Of a stretch of 64,000 bases of DNA, positions 46,615 through 57,241 are shown piece by piece. The DNA is taken from assembly GCA_050945515.1 (NCBI GenBank), contig JBMNTB010000008.1, forward strand, positions 1,665 through 65,664, given 5' to 3'. The notes below the pieces were generated by a model, which worked only from the letters and a program-made list of their open reading frames with translations, made no database searches and was not told the DNA's origin. Made by a program: the position numbers and the translations under genes. Positions within the stretch are counted from its first letter, which is position 1, and each line of letters begins with the position of its first letter. The stretch comes from Saccharofermentanales bacterium. Its GTDB lineage: Bacteria; Bacillota; Clostridia; Saccharofermentanales; DTU023.

Positions 46615-46640
46615 GTTCAGCACTCCGTTTCTAAAGAATA

Positions 46641-46667
46641 CCGGACAGATCAAGCAGATCTGTCCGG
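46641..46667 (-). terminator. Hairpin after ftsZ (probable terminator)
   Basis: 11-bp perfect stem CCGGACAGATC / GATCTGTCCGG, followed by TATTCTTT on the minus strand. Confidence 0.6.
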
Positions 46668-46702
46668 CACAGCTTCAAGTAAATACAACTTGTCAAAGTA
46701 GC

Positions 46703-48112
46703 TTAGTCTTGGTCTTCGCTGTCCTGTAAAAACCAAGGCAGGACTCTGCCACCTTTGCTCGACTGTTTTCTACCGGATCCCCTGGGAGCGCTTGGAGTTC
46801 TAGGCGCCTCATCCAGAATTTCCGGTTCCTCGCGCTGACTCCACATCGTGCTCTCCGAAACGCGCGAGATCAGATCTGCCATTGCGGCATCATTAGCTTG
46901 CCGGTTTGGATTTTGACTGTATGCAACCGGCTCACGGCTCTCATTCTGAGCAGGATGTGCCGTTCGTTCGGGTGCAACTCTCCTCGGTTCCTGCTTGCGC
47001 ATCGGTCTTAAAAACTCCGGCAAGTCTTCTTGTTTGCTGCGAGTGACTTCGGGAGCAACAGGACGACCGGTAGCAAACACAGGCTGAGCTGCTGCAATTG
47101 CTGTCTGTTGTGACCGCACTGCCTGTTTTTGCATACCCTCCTGATCAAAACGGCTGGCAATAATTGTGATAAGCAAGTCATCCTGCATGTTCTCGTCGAT
47201 CACTGCACCAAAGATAATATCCGCATCAGGTGATACTGCTTCTCGAACCTGAGAGGCAGCTTCATTAATCTCTTTGATTTTCATATCGTGTCCGCCGGTA
47301 AAATTGATGATAATGCTGTGTGCACCATCAATCGTTGTATCAAGTAACGGACTGTTCATGGCCTGTTTCACTGCTGTAGCAGCTCTACTTTCACCTGAGC
47401 CACGGCCAATACCCATATGACAGACGCCGGCATCAGTCATTACACGGCGCACATCAGCTAGGTCAAGGTTGATCATACCATTGACAGCCACCAAATCGGA
47501 GATACTGGATACACCATACTGGAGAACTCTGTCCGCCATGCTGAAGGCATCGTCAATCGAAGTATCATCACTGGCGATCTCAAGCAATTTATCATTAGGA
47601 ACGATGATAAGAGAATCAACATATTGCTGTAAATCGCGAACACCCCGCTCTGCATTTTGTCTTCTCTTAGCGCCTTCAAAACGGAAAGGCATAGTAACAA
47701 CACCAACTGTTAAGATACCCATTTTACGAGCAATTGCTGCTACAACAGGTGAAGCTCCTGTCCCGGTACCACCGCCCATGCCGGCAGTTATAAAGAGCAT
47801 ATCCGTACCTTCAAGCACTTTGGATATCTCTTCAATATTTTCCTCTGCTGCCTTTTGTCCTGTCTCAGGATGTGCTCCGGCACCCAGACCCCTGGTAACC
47901 TTAGAACCGATCTGAATGCGCTCAGAGGCCAGGCTCTTGGCCAGACTCTGATGGTCAGTGTTCACAGCTATAAACTCAATTCCCTGTACGCCATCATTGA
48001 TCATGCGGTCAACGGCATTACAGCCACCACCGCCAACTCCGATCACACGGATATTAGCGTATAGATCGTCATCCATACCAAATCCCAGTTGAAAATCAGC
48101 CAATTTCAGCAA
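46703..48112 (-). CDS. ftsZ: Cell division protein FtsZ
   Basis: GVGGGGCNAV, GGGTGTG and NLDLAD motifs; long C-terminal linker. TTG start after AAGGAG. Confidence 0.96.
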   Translation of the reverse strand: MLKLADFQLGFGMDDDLYANIRVIGVGGGGCNAVDRMINDGVQGIEFIAVNTDHQSLAKSLASERIQIGSKVTRGLGAGAHPETGQKAAEENIEEISKVLEGTDMLFITAGMGGGTGTGASPVVAAIARKMGILTVGVVTMPFRFEGAKRRQNAERGVRDLQQYVDSLIIVPNDKLLEIASDDTSIDDAFSMADRVLQYGVSSISDLVAVNGMINLDLADVRRVMTDAGVCHMGIGRGSGESRAATAVKQAMNSPLLDTTIDGAHSIIINFTGGHDMKIKEINEAASQVREAVSPDADIIFGAVIDENMQDDLLITIIASRFDQEGMQKQAVRSQQTAIAAAQPVFATGRPVAPEVTRSKQEDLPEFLRPMRKQEPRRVAPERTAHPAQNESREPVAYSQNPNRQANDAAMADLISRVSESTMWSQREEPEILDEAPRTPSAPRGSGRKQSSKGGRVLPWFLQDSEDQD

Positions 48113-48390
48113 CTCCTTTCGAAAGTGGCCGGATGCCGACTAATCCTACATAGTTGTCATTACAATATTACAACTTTGTTATGATCAAAATACATCCGGA
48201 GCAGTATTCGCATAATTTTGAAACTAATTCTACACTATAAAATTTATTATTACAAGACTTAATTCCGAAGTTATCGAGAAATATTACATAGTTGTTTCGT
48301 TGTAATGACATCTTTCGCAAAAATTATTCTGAGATTAATTAAGTTCAAAATATTTCCGCTTTGAGATGTTATTACCTCTTTATTTCATTC

Positions 48391-48756
48391 TTATTTCTTA
48401 ATTGTTTTGGATGCTTCTATGCGTTTTTGGATATCCTGGATAAAATATCTGCGAATAAGGCCCAAGTTTTTGAAAATCCTAATGCCAAAAGCAAAAACAG
48501 CAACTAGGCTTAAATCAAAAGCCAATTGCTGACCCAGTGCAGTTAAAGCTACTGCAGTCGTTGCATTTAAGATAAAGCCAGTTACAAACAGAATATTACT
48601 GAAACGCTTGCGATAAGCAGCTTCCATTCCTCCTAGCAGCGCATCAATTCCCGCCAGGATCACAACAGCAACATAAACTGACCAGACTTCCGGTATCTGG
48701 AAATTCAATACCAGCCCGATCACTAATCCAATTATTAATCCGATTAAAGGCAGCAT
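48391..48756 (-). CDS. sbp: Small basic protein / DUF1290 membrane protein
   Basis: YVAVVILAGIDALLGG and FGIRIFKNL motifs; dcw position. ATG follows AGGAGG. Confidence 0.75.
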   Translation of the reverse strand: MLPLIGLIIGLVIGLVLNFQIPEVWSVYVAVVILAGIDALLGGMEAAYRKRFSNILFVTGFILNATTAVALTALGQQLAFDLSLVAVFAFGIRIFKNLGLIRRYFIQDIQKRIEASKTIKK

Positions 48757-48778
48757 CTTGTCCTCCTGTCTGAGTAAT

Positions 48779-49771
48779 TCAGGGATTGTCACGCCTGAAT
48801 ACAATCATATCTGCTGTCAAATCCAGTTGTCCCGAGCCCTGGTCAAGTAGTTTTCTACTTTCGGTCATTTCATGCAATTTTCTGATTGCTTCAGGCAAAC
48901 TGCGACTGTCAGATACCTTAACTCGCCAGATCGCTTCATTATCAAACTGCAGAATTAAGGTGGCAAAACCGTTGGCTTGAGGACTAATAGATTTAGTCAA
49001 ACCAATTAGTGGCTTGGACTCGGGAAATGCTTTATCTGACAAAATTAATTGTGCCGTAATTTCCGTGCAGATCTCCAGTAATTTCATCTCATCTTCATTG
49101 AGCTGTCTACCCGGTGTCAGTGGTTCCAGACTATTGAATTCTTCAATCACGGGCAAATATTCCGGCGGAGAATCGACTAGACGAATCACCTTTCCTGTGC
49201 TATCAACCAGAGCATATTTTAGCCCATTTCTTATACAAGCAGTTTCAACTCGTTCCGTAACCTGAATCAGAATTCCTGATGGCCAAGAGAAACAGGCTTT
49301 GACGGTTGCCAGCTCAGGGAAAGCCTGCAGCAACTTTGTCTCCAAAGCACCGTAACGCAGGGTAAGATAATTGAGTAGACCGGGTCCTAAATCTAGAAAA
49401 GCGTGACGCTCAGATTCGAGATCTACTACAGATAGTATATCCGCAGTCGCAATATCAACATTGCCGGTAATGTCAACATGGTCTAGCCTAAATGCAGGCA
49501 ATAGTACAATCAATGTAATAAGGGCCAAAGCGACAGCAAAAAAGGCAAAGAGTTTTGCAAATAGACTTAGCCCGGTCTTTGTAGCACCACCTGCCGGATA
49601 CCGCTGCTTTTCTGACGGATAATCAACAGTGGCTGCCTGATTCGCTGGCAGAGTTTTTGCAGATTTTGGGGCTTTGCCTGCTACTCTTGTTTGCTGTCTG
49701 CTCGCATTAGATCTCGACGGAGGATAGGATATATTTTCTATCTTCTTGCTTTTTTGTCTAATCCCTGCCAT
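48779..49771 (-). CDS. ftsQ: Cell division protein FtsQ/DivIB
   Basis: Single TM followed by a POTRA-like segment (ITGN...WPSGILIQVTER); lies after murG. Confidence 0.75.
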   Translation of the reverse strand: MAGIRQKSKKIENISYPPSRSNASRQQTRVAGKAPKSAKTLPANQAATVDYPSEKQRYPAGGATKTGLSLFAKLFAFFAVALALITLIVLLPAFRLDHVDITGNVDIATADILSVVDLESERHAFLDLGPGLLNYLTLRYGALETKLLQAFPELATVKACFSWPSGILIQVTERVETACIRNGLKYALVDSTGKVIRLVDSPPEYLPVIEEFNSLEPLTPGRQLNEDEMKLLEICTEITAQLILSDKAFPESKPLIGLTKSISPQANGFATLILQFDNEAIWRVKVSDSRSLPEAIRKLHEMTESRKLLDQGSGQLDLTADMIVFRRDNP

Positions 49772-50903
49772 CTCTGATTACCTGTAATAGAGTATCGTGA
49801 ATTTTGGCTGTGGCATTAGGCAGAGCTTTTGTTCTGGCTTGTTTGCCCATATTAGCCAGACCCGCACTATCTTTTATAAGCATGAGGATCTGATCATGCA
49901 GATACTCGGCTGAAAATTCCTGATCACGGCACATCAATGCCGCACCAACATCCATCAAAGTTCTGGCATTAAAGGTCTGGTGATCGTCCGCCGCATATGG
50001 ATAAGGAATCAGAATTGATGGTAAGCCTAGTGCTGCCAGCTCAGCACAGGTCATAGCCCCGGCCCTGCCGACAAAAAGATCGGCCGAAGCCATCCAGAAC
50101 AAACCGTCATAAAGATATTCACTAGCCGTAATATTTGGTGCAGCTGACAGCTGTTGGCATATTTCTTTACCGCGCTGCATGCCTGTGCTGATCGTCAGAA
50201 ACAGATTCGGATATTTTGCAATCATAGCAGCCCACTTGCCGGACTCAACCAGATCGGCTACAGCGTTGTTTAGCGATCTGGCACCTAGGCTGCCCCCCAT
50301 CATCACAACATGAAACACATCCTCTGCAATGTTCAGTTTGCGCCGTGCTTCGTCTTTAGTCAGTTTAAAGAAGCCTGCAGATACCGGATTTCCTGTAAGG
50401 ACAGTTCTGGTCTTGCGCTTAAAGTATTTGACACTTTCTGCAAAGCTGATACAGACAGCTTTACAAAAAGGTCCAAAAAAGCGATTGGATCTACCCGGTA
50501 AGGCATTCTGTTCGTGGAGTAATACCGGTTTTCTTAATAACAGTCCGGCAAAAACCAGTGGACTGCCCACAAAGCCTCCTGTACTGACAACAATATCAGG
50601 TTTATATCTCCTGATATATTTCATGCAATGGCAGACTCCCGAAATATTCTCACGCAACCAGCGCAATTTTTTACGAATGCCGCGCGAAGGCAAGACAACT
50701 GCCCTGATGTATTCCAGTTTATAGCCGGCTCTGGCAACAATTTCTGCTTCCAGGCTGTTCGTCAAACCGCAAAATACTATCTCCGCTTCCGGGTCCTGTT
50801 CTTTGGTATAGTTGGCCAAAGTCAAGGCAGGATTAATATGTCCGCTGGTACCGCCAGCTCCGATCAACATCGTAAAATTTCTTTTTGATGCCATCTGCTT
50901 CAA
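49758..50903 (-). CDS. murG: UDP-GlcNAc:lipid I GlcNAc transferase
   Basis: GGTSGHINPA, HEQNALPG, GGSLGA, RAGA and HQTFNA motifs. Confidence 0.95.
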   Translation of the reverse strand: MKQMASKRNFTMLIGAGGTSGHINPALTLANYTKEQDPEAEIVFCGLTNSLEAEIVARAGYKLEYIRAVVLPSRGIRKKLRWLRENISGVCHCMKYIRRYKPDIVVSTGGFVGSPLVFAGLLLRKPVLLHEQNALPGRSNRFFGPFCKAVCISFAESVKYFKRKTRTVLTGNPVSAGFFKLTKDEARRKLNIAEDVFHVVMMGGSLGARSLNNAVADLVESGKWAAMIAKYPNLFLTISTGMQRGKEICQQLSAAPNITASEYLYDGLFWMASADLFVGRAGAMTCAELAALGLPSILIPYPYAADDHQTFNARTLMDVGAALMCRDQEFSAEYLHDQILMLIKDSAGLANMGKQARTKALPNATAKIHDTLLQVIRDGRD

Positions 50904-52264
50904 CTGGCTGTACCTACTTCCTGTCGGTCCGAGTTTGCAACAATGCTCTGTTGTTGCTCGCGCCTATTTCTTACTAAGATACGACTCAATTCCGGATCTT
51001 CTTTTTGATCCCATTTGGATACGAGCAGGATCATACCTGCCGCCAAAACGAAAAAGGCATTCGCTGTACCGCCCGAACTAAAGAAAGGTAAAGAAATACC
51101 TGTAGCAGGCAATAGATTAGTTGCTACACCGAAGTTGATCAGCGCCTGCAGAACAAGAAAGAAAGTATATCCTGCGGCAATCATTAGACCCGCTCTGCTT
51201 TTCGCACCCAGAGCTACACTGAAACCACGAAACATAAAAGCTATAAATAACAGAAGAATAAACGCTGTGCCGAGAAAGCCCAGTTCTTCTCCAATAATAG
51301 CTAGTACATAATCATTATGCGCTTCCGGCAGCCAGTTCATCTTCTGCACGCTGCGACCAAGACCAACTCCTGTCAATCCGCCGGATCCTAACGCAATCTG
51401 AGCCTGTTTGATCTGCATAATATCATCGGCAGATACACTGCCCGGATCCTGATAAGCATCCAGGCGCCTAAAGACATGGGCAAATCTTTTGGATAAGAAG
51501 TCACTATTGCTCATGCCTGTAAACCAGGGCAATATGACGAGAAGCAGTAGTCCCAGGATCAGCAAAATAGCCACTAACTGAATGGAGCCGGATATCCAGA
51601 CTGACCGCTGTAATCCTGCAAATAAAAACATCGCAAATACGACAATAGCAAAGATAAGTGCTGCCGAAAAATGAGGTTGGACAATAATCAGTCCAAACCA
51701 GACCAACATCTTACAGGCCGGCAAGGTCAAAAGATGCCAACCCTGTCGCCAGAATTTCTGCCAGGGATCACGCCATTTATTTTTGAGCTTCTGCATCTGC
51801 TGTTTCAGATGTTCAAGTTCAAGCGACAGCCAGAGTACAGCACCGTATTTGGCCACCTCTGATGGCTGGAAAGTAAAGATTTTCAAATCAAGCCAGCGCT
51901 TAGCGCCGTTAATTGTCTGCCCTCTAATCAGAACTAATGCCAGAAAAACCGTAACCACAATATATAGGGCATGTCTGAACCAGCGTCCGCGGAAAAAATT
52001 CAGATGAACGAATCTGGCCATAAAAATTGAGGCCAAAAGTGCAACACCGGTAATGCCGATCTGCTTGCTAATCAAGGCGCTTGAACTGTCGCCTGTTCTG
52101 GCAAAACTGATGCTAATGCTCGAACTAAACATCATCACCAAGCCAAAAGTGCACAGAATCAAACAGATGATCAAAAGTGGCAGATCCATTTTGCGAAATC
52201 CGGAATAGTCCGCGTTTTTATCGAGAGACTGGATCGATTTTTGTTTTTGATTCATAGTACTCAT
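50900..52264 (-). CDS. ftsW: SEDS peptidoglycan polymerase FtsW
   Basis: GAKRW, FQPSEVAK, LPEAHND and TGISLPFFSSGG motifs; lies upstream of murG. Confidence 0.9.
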   Translation of the reverse strand: MSTMNQKQKSIQSLDKNADYSGFRKMDLPLLIICLILCTFGLVMMFSSSISISFARTGDSSSALISKQIGITGVALLASIFMARFVHLNFFRGRWFRHALYIVVTVFLALVLIRGQTINGAKRWLDLKIFTFQPSEVAKYGAVLWLSLELEHLKQQMQKLKNKWRDPWQKFWRQGWHLLTLPACKMLVWFGLIIVQPHFSAALIFAIVVFAMFLFAGLQRSVWISGSIQLVAILLILGLLLLVILPWFTGMSNSDFLSKRFAHVFRRLDAYQDPGSVSADDIMQIKQAQIALGSGGLTGVGLGRSVQKMNWLPEAHNDYVLAIIGEELGFLGTAFILLLFIAFMFRGFSVALGAKSRAGLMIAAGYTFFLVLQALINFGVATNLLPATGISLPFFSSGGTANAFFVLAAGMILLVSKWDQKEDPELSRILVRNRREQQQSIVANSDRQEVGTAS

Positions 52265-52277
52265 AATATCATCACCG

Positions 52278-53282
52278 TTAAAAGGGATAAATGGTTAGCA
52301 GGCCCAACGCCCCACATATAATCGCTACCAAACAGAATACCACAACAACTTTTGTTTCCTTCCAGCCACATAGCTCAAAATGGTGGTGGATCGGCGCCAT
52401 TCGGAAAATCCGCTTACCGCCTGTCCGTCGGAAGTACAGAAACTGAAGCACCACTGATAGTCCTTCAAAAACGAAGACAAAGCCCGTTATCAGCATCAGC
52501 CACGGAACGCCAAGCATCAAAGTAATGCCTGCAAAACCGGCGCCAAGAGCCTGAGATCCTGTATCACCCATAAATATCTTAGCCGGATGGCGATTGAAAA
52601 CTAAAAAACCTAAACAGCCTGCTGCCAGCACAAGGCTTAGTAGCATGGCAGGGAAATAGGCCTCAATCAAATCTTTAAGCAGCCAGGCAGTAAGGGCTAA
52701 AAATAGGCTGGTAATCACAGTCAAGCCGGACAACAAGCCGTCAAGCCCATCCGTAATATTAACCGCATTGCTTATATAAAATATAAATAGGACTACAAAA
52801 GCACCATACAAGAGCTTCCACCAACCACTGATTACCAGAACCTTTCGTACCACCGGTAAGATCAAGATGGGGTCATCGGTCATCACAAACAGATACCAGA
52901 GCGTAAAAAGGACTGAAAAAAGTCCTAATAGAATCGTCTTTTGACTGACAGACAAACCCTTTTTGTTAACTTTTACTTTGATAAAGTCATCAATAAAACC
53001 TACTAGGCTGAATAGCAGCATCAGTAAAGATACGACACTGAAGCTCAGTAGCTTGGGTCTTGCCAGTGGCAGAATGATAGCAATCACTATCAAGGGCAGC
53101 AGAAAAAAAATACCACCGAATGTTGGTGTACCCGATTTGACAAAATGAGTCTTGGGACCATCATCCCGGACAGTTTGAACCAGTTGAAATTTCCTGATTA
53201 AAGGCAAGCCGACCAGACCGGTCAAAACCGTTCCGATTAACATAACGAAAAACAAAATCACAGCTTGCCAAAAAGGTGTCAT
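52278..53282 (-). CDS. mraY: Phospho-MurNAc-pentapeptide transferase
   Basis: KSGTPTFGG, NAVNITDGLDGL, FMGDTGS and MAPIHHHFE motifs. Confidence 0.95.
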   Translation of the reverse strand: MTPFWQAVILFFVMLIGTVLTGLVGLPLIRKFQLVQTVRDDGPKTHFVKSGTPTFGGIFFLLPLIVIAIILPLARPKLLSFSVVSLLMLLFSLVGFIDDFIKVKVNKKGLSVSQKTILLGLFSVLFTLWYLFVMTDDPILILPVVRKVLVISGWWKLLYGAFVVLFIFYISNAVNITDGLDGLLSGLTVITSLFLALTAWLLKDLIEAYFPAMLLSLVLAAGCLGFLVFNRHPAKIFMGDTGSQALGAGFAGITLMLGVPWLMLITGFVFVFEGLSVVLQFLYFRRTGGKRIFRMAPIHHHFELCGWKETKVVVVFCLVAIICGALGLLTIYPF

Positions 53283-53289
53283 TGTCTGC

Positions 53290-54771
53290 CTACTTCCCAC
53301 CAAAGCGCAATTTAATGGCATCGGCAATATGTTCAAGTTCAAAATAACGGGAGGCCTTAACCATGATCGCATCCTTGGGGTGAATTGCCTCCAGCACCTC
53401 TTGTCCCATCGTATCCCGATCCTCAAACCACCTGGTCTTGATGGTTGGCGCCTTCGTATGCAAATACTCAGCTACTCGCTGCATTTCCTCCCCTATGAGA
53501 TAAATCTCGCGGAAACCCATGTCAATCATCTGATCGGCAATCTCAAGGTGGAGCTTGCGAGCATATTGGCCCAATTCTCTCATATCACCAAAAACACCAA
53601 TTCGTTGAGCCGATTCGGAAATATGAGATAGGGTAGTTAAACCGCTAGTCATAGCTTCCGGTGAGGAATTATACGAATCATCTAACAGCAAAATATTCTG
53701 CTCTAACATGCTTATTTGCTGTCTGGCACCAGTATTCACAAAGTCGCTTGCAGCCTGTGCCGCAAGATTCATTTCCAGGCCCTGCACATAGGCACAGGCA
53801 AGCCCGAACATAGTAGATTCCGTCAGATGAGAAGCTGCAAAAGGCAGATGGATCGGCCAGCTTTCTTCAGGAGTAAAGCTGCATTTGACTCTGAAATCAG
53901 TACTGTCAGCTGCAAGAACCAGATCTTCATACCAGAAGATAGGAAAACCTTCCGCCAGGATTTCGTCTTTATATTTCAGGCTGGAAACAAACCAGGTGGC
54001 GAAGCGTGTATCTTCTTTGTTAGCTACCGCCCAGGATCTGAGACTGGCATCATTGCCGTTGAGCAAAACCAGACTATTTTCCTTCATATCGCGCAGTAAA
54101 TCCGTCTTTTCTTTTAGAATCGCTTCCCTGCTGCCAAAATACAGAGCATGACTGTAGCCTATGCCGGTGATGATCGCAATATCCGGCCGAGCTAAAGCAG
54201 AAAGTTCAGCCATTTCATCGATTCTATCCACAGCAATCTCAGCCACCAGAACTTGAGCTTCAGCATTCGTACTCAAGATGGTATAGGATAGACCAATTTG
54301 ATTATTGAGATTTGCATCCGACTGCTCTGTGCGAAGCTGAGAGTTCAAAATCTGATGGACCATACGCCTGGTTGTGGTTTTGCCTACTGAACCTGTAACG
54401 CCGATGATTGTCGTCTCTAATGTCTGTCGGTAACCGGCAGCGATTTTCATATAGGCTGCCAAAGTATCACTGACCAGCAATAGTTCCGGCGCCCCCGGTT
54501 CATGAATCCGGTTTTGCATTTCCTGTGCCTGGGCGGAGTTTGCATCCATAATGAGCATGCCTGCTCCCCGTTTGATCGCTTGATCAATAAAATTATGCCC
54601 ATCAAAATTCTCGCCCCGTAAAGCCAGAAACACTTCGCCCGGTACCAGTGATCTGGTATCAGTCGAAATACCGGGATAAAATTTCTCGGTATCATTGGCA
54701 GAATTTTTACTTCGTATCAGTTTACCGCCTGTCCATTGCTGGATCTGGTTGGGTAAAAATCTTGTCTTCAT
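53290..54771 (-). CDS. murF: UDP-MurNAc-tripeptide--D-Ala-D-Ala ligase
   Basis: DTRS...GENFDGH, TGSVGKTTT, NNQIG, DSYNSSP and KASR motifs. Confidence 0.92.
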   Translation of the reverse strand: MKTRFLPNQIQQWTGGKLIRSKNSANDTEKFYPGISTDTRSLVPGEVFLALRGENFDGHNFIDQAIKRGAGMLIMDANSAQAQEMQNRIHEPGAPELLLVSDTLAAYMKIAAGYRQTLETTIIGVTGSVGKTTTRRMVHQILNSQLRTEQSDANLNNQIGLSYTILSTNAEAQVLVAEIAVDRIDEMAELSALARPDIAIITGIGYSHALYFGSREAILKEKTDLLRDMKENSLVLLNGNDASLRSWAVANKEDTRFATWFVSSLKYKDEILAEGFPIFWYEDLVLAADSTDFRVKCSFTPEESWPIHLPFAASHLTESTMFGLACAYVQGLEMNLAAQAASDFVNTGARQQISMLEQNILLLDDSYNSSPEAMTSGLTTLSHISESAQRIGVFGDMRELGQYARKLHLEIADQMIDMGFREIYLIGEEMQRVAEYLHTKAPTIKTRWFEDRDTMGQEVLEAIHPKDAIMVKASRYFELEHIADAIKLRFGGK

Positions 54772-54847
54772 ATTGTATCCCCCGTCAATATCACCTTGCT
54801 TAGTATAGAACAGTGACTGTAAACAGTCATTTTCTTTTTTCCCTTGT

Positions 54848-57229
54848 TTATTCGTCCGGTTTTTCAAACCAGATATCGATTACCGATCCTCTGACCACTT
54901 TGCCCTGTGCCGGATTATCTATCGCTTTATCTATCTGCGGTGCCCCAACTTCGTCAGCTTCTTGTGCGTCAATCTGCTGCCTGGAAGGCGCCGGACTCTG
55001 GGAAACTACTCCCTGTGTGGGTAAACCATGAGTCCTCAGAACTACTCCCGCTGATTCAGCCAGCCAGATGCAACTATGGTAGTCCAGATTGGAAAAATCA
55101 GGTACATTAACCTGAGTTGTATCTCCACTGTCGGTCAACCAGATTGTTGATCCCACCGCCACTTCCGAACCGGGTGTCAGATTCAGATAAGCAACTTTGT
55201 CATCATAACTCATCTCAGGATGGGCGCGAAAACCATATAGATCCAGTGCCGATAGTGCAAAAGCCGCCTCACTATATGTCAGACCATTGATATCAGGCAA
55301 TCTGACATTTTTGGCCAGCTTGGCTGTCTCATTGGCATTGTAATCACGCTGATAACCCCTCATATCCATAATTCGGCCCATCAATCTTTTGGTATGCTGA
55401 GCTACAATCGCACTACTGGGAAACTTATTTACAGGCTTCTTAACCAGTATCATGCAAAGAATATCTGCTGATTCATTTGGTCCTACAGCGATAAAGGAAT
55501 AGGTATTCTGCTTATCAAATTCATCGGTAGAGGTGCTGGTTTTACCACCGATCTCAAGACCTGCACAGCCGAATGTTGATAGATAGCTGACATTTCCCGC
55601 CTCCTTCAGTAACTTACACATTCTGGCTGAGGTTTCTGCCGAAATAATCTGCACCGGCTGTCCTGCAACAACTTTCTCCGTTACGCCGTCAGGATTGACA
55701 AATTCCCTAACTACTGATGGCTGAACAAGATAACCTCCATTGACGATAGCAGCATAGGCACGGGCCATATGGAGAGGTGTCACAGCCACTGATTCGCCGA
55801 AGGTAATGTTGGCATAATCCAATTTGCTGGGTCTGTCGTGAAAAATAGTATTGGTTTCTGCCGGCAGATCAATTCCCGTTTTGTCCATAAAGCCATAGGT
55901 TCTGAGATAATCGTAAAATAGATCCTGATCAATTCTCTGCCCAATCTGGACAAAAACAGGATTGCAGGAATTGACAAAGGCCTGTGCCACACTCTCAACA
56001 CCATGGCCGCTTTTTAACAAACAACTAATTGTATGGCTCATAACTTCAATTGGACTGTCATCAAATTCTGTCGCTTCGGTCACCGCCGCTTCCTCAAAAG
56101 CAATGGCAGCAGTAACTGCTTTCATGGTTGAACCAGGCTCAAACACATCGGATATTATCGCATTTCGCCAGACTTGCGAGCTGAGCTGATTGACCATCTT
56201 ATCAAGATCAGGGTTCCAATAGTGCGGGTCGATTCCCCCGGGCACGGCTGTCGGATACTGGCTTTGCATTGTTGGAATTTGTCCCATGGCATAAATCCAT
56301 CCGGTATTTACATCCATTACCAGACCCATTACACCGGTATTTAAACCTGCCACACCGGCAATCTGCTCCAATTCATGTTGCAAGACTTCTTGCATTTTCA
56401 GATTGAGATGCAAATGCATATCCGCACCATCAACCTTCTGCTGGTCAGTAGGGATGGAGAAAGGCACCGTTCCGTGATTGCGGTAATTATCTCTTCTGGC
56501 GTAACTATACCCTGCTTCGCCGCTCAGGATTGTATCATAATAAGCTTCAAGCCCTGCAACTCCTTGCAGCTTCTGATCCTCAAAACGGGTAAAGCCAACG
56601 ACTTGGCCGGCCAAGTCGCCATTATTATACAAACGCTCAGAAGTAAGATCGAAAGTATAGCCACCTACTCTGTTCTCGGCCAGCCAGTTTCTCAGGATTT
56701 CCGCTTTTTCCTCCGGTACATTCTTAGCAATCTGGATATAGCTGCGCTCCTTCTGTTCCAACCAGGATCTCATTTTTTCAACGGGAATTTCGAGCGTAGC
56801 GGAAGTAAAGTCGATTATTTCCGTCTCATTAACTCTTTTATTAATGGAACGAACATTAGCCGGGGTAATACCGATACTGTATTTGATAACTGAAGATGCA
56901 ATCAAAATACCATCGCTATCATAAATATCGCCGCGTTTGGGCTGGCTTCTTTGCATGATGAATTGCTGATTCGCACCGGCAGCTACATATCTATCATATT
57001 TTTCGACTTGGATTTGATACAGGTTAAGCAAAATAATAATCGCTACCAGACTGATCGCCAGAGATAAAAACCGGATAACTCTTACACCACGGGCCGTTTT
57101 TTTTCTGCCCGCCCGGCGCGAGCCTCCGGATTTCGCTCTGGGAACAACAGAATCAACATGTGACATTCTGTCGTCATGTTGAGTTGACTTAGTTATATCA
57201 TTTTGTCCTCTGCTCTTTCTAAATAACAC
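54848..57229 (-). CDS. ftsI: Division class B PBP (FtsI/PbpB/SpoVD family) with PASTA domains
   Basis: RGDIYD, EPGSTMK (SxxK), SCN and KTS motifs; two C-terminal PASTA-like repeats; dcw position. Confidence 0.85.
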   Translation of the reverse strand: MLFRKSRGQNDITKSTQHDDRMSHVDSVVPRAKSGGSRRAGRKKTARGVRVIRFLSLAISLVAIIILLNLYQIQVEKYDRYVAAGANQQFIMQRSQPKRGDIYDSDGILIASSVIKYSIGITPANVRSINKRVNETEIIDFTSATLEIPVEKMRSWLEQKERSYIQIAKNVPEEKAEILRNWLAENRVGGYTFDLTSERLYNNGDLAGQVVGFTRFEDQKLQGVAGLEAYYDTILSGEAGYSYARRDNYRNHGTVPFSIPTDQQKVDGADMHLHLNLKMQEVLQHELEQIAGVAGLNTGVMGLVMDVNTGWIYAMGQIPTMQSQYPTAVPGGIDPHYWNPDLDKMVNQLSSQVWRNAIISDVFEPGSTMKAVTAAIAFEEAAVTEATEFDDSPIEVMSHTISCLLKSGHGVESVAQAFVNSCNPVFVQIGQRIDQDLFYDYLRTYGFMDKTGIDLPAETNTIFHDRPSKLDYANITFGESVAVTPLHMARAYAAIVNGGYLVQPSVVREFVNPDGVTEKVVAGQPVQIISAETSARMCKLLKEAGNVSYLSTFGCAGLEIGGKTSTSTDEFDKQNTYSFIAVGPNESADILCMILVKKPVNKFPSSAIVAQHTKRLMGRIMDMRGYQRDYNANETAKLAKNVRLPDINGLTYSEAAFALSALDLYGFRAHPEMSYDDKVAYLNLTPGSEVAVGSTIWLTDSGDTTQVNVPDFSNLDYHSCIWLAESAGVVLRTHGLPTQGVVSQSPAPSRQQIDAQEADEVGAPQIDKAIDNPAQGKVVRGSVIDIWFEKPDE

Positions 57230-57241
57230 AGAAAAGCGCTC

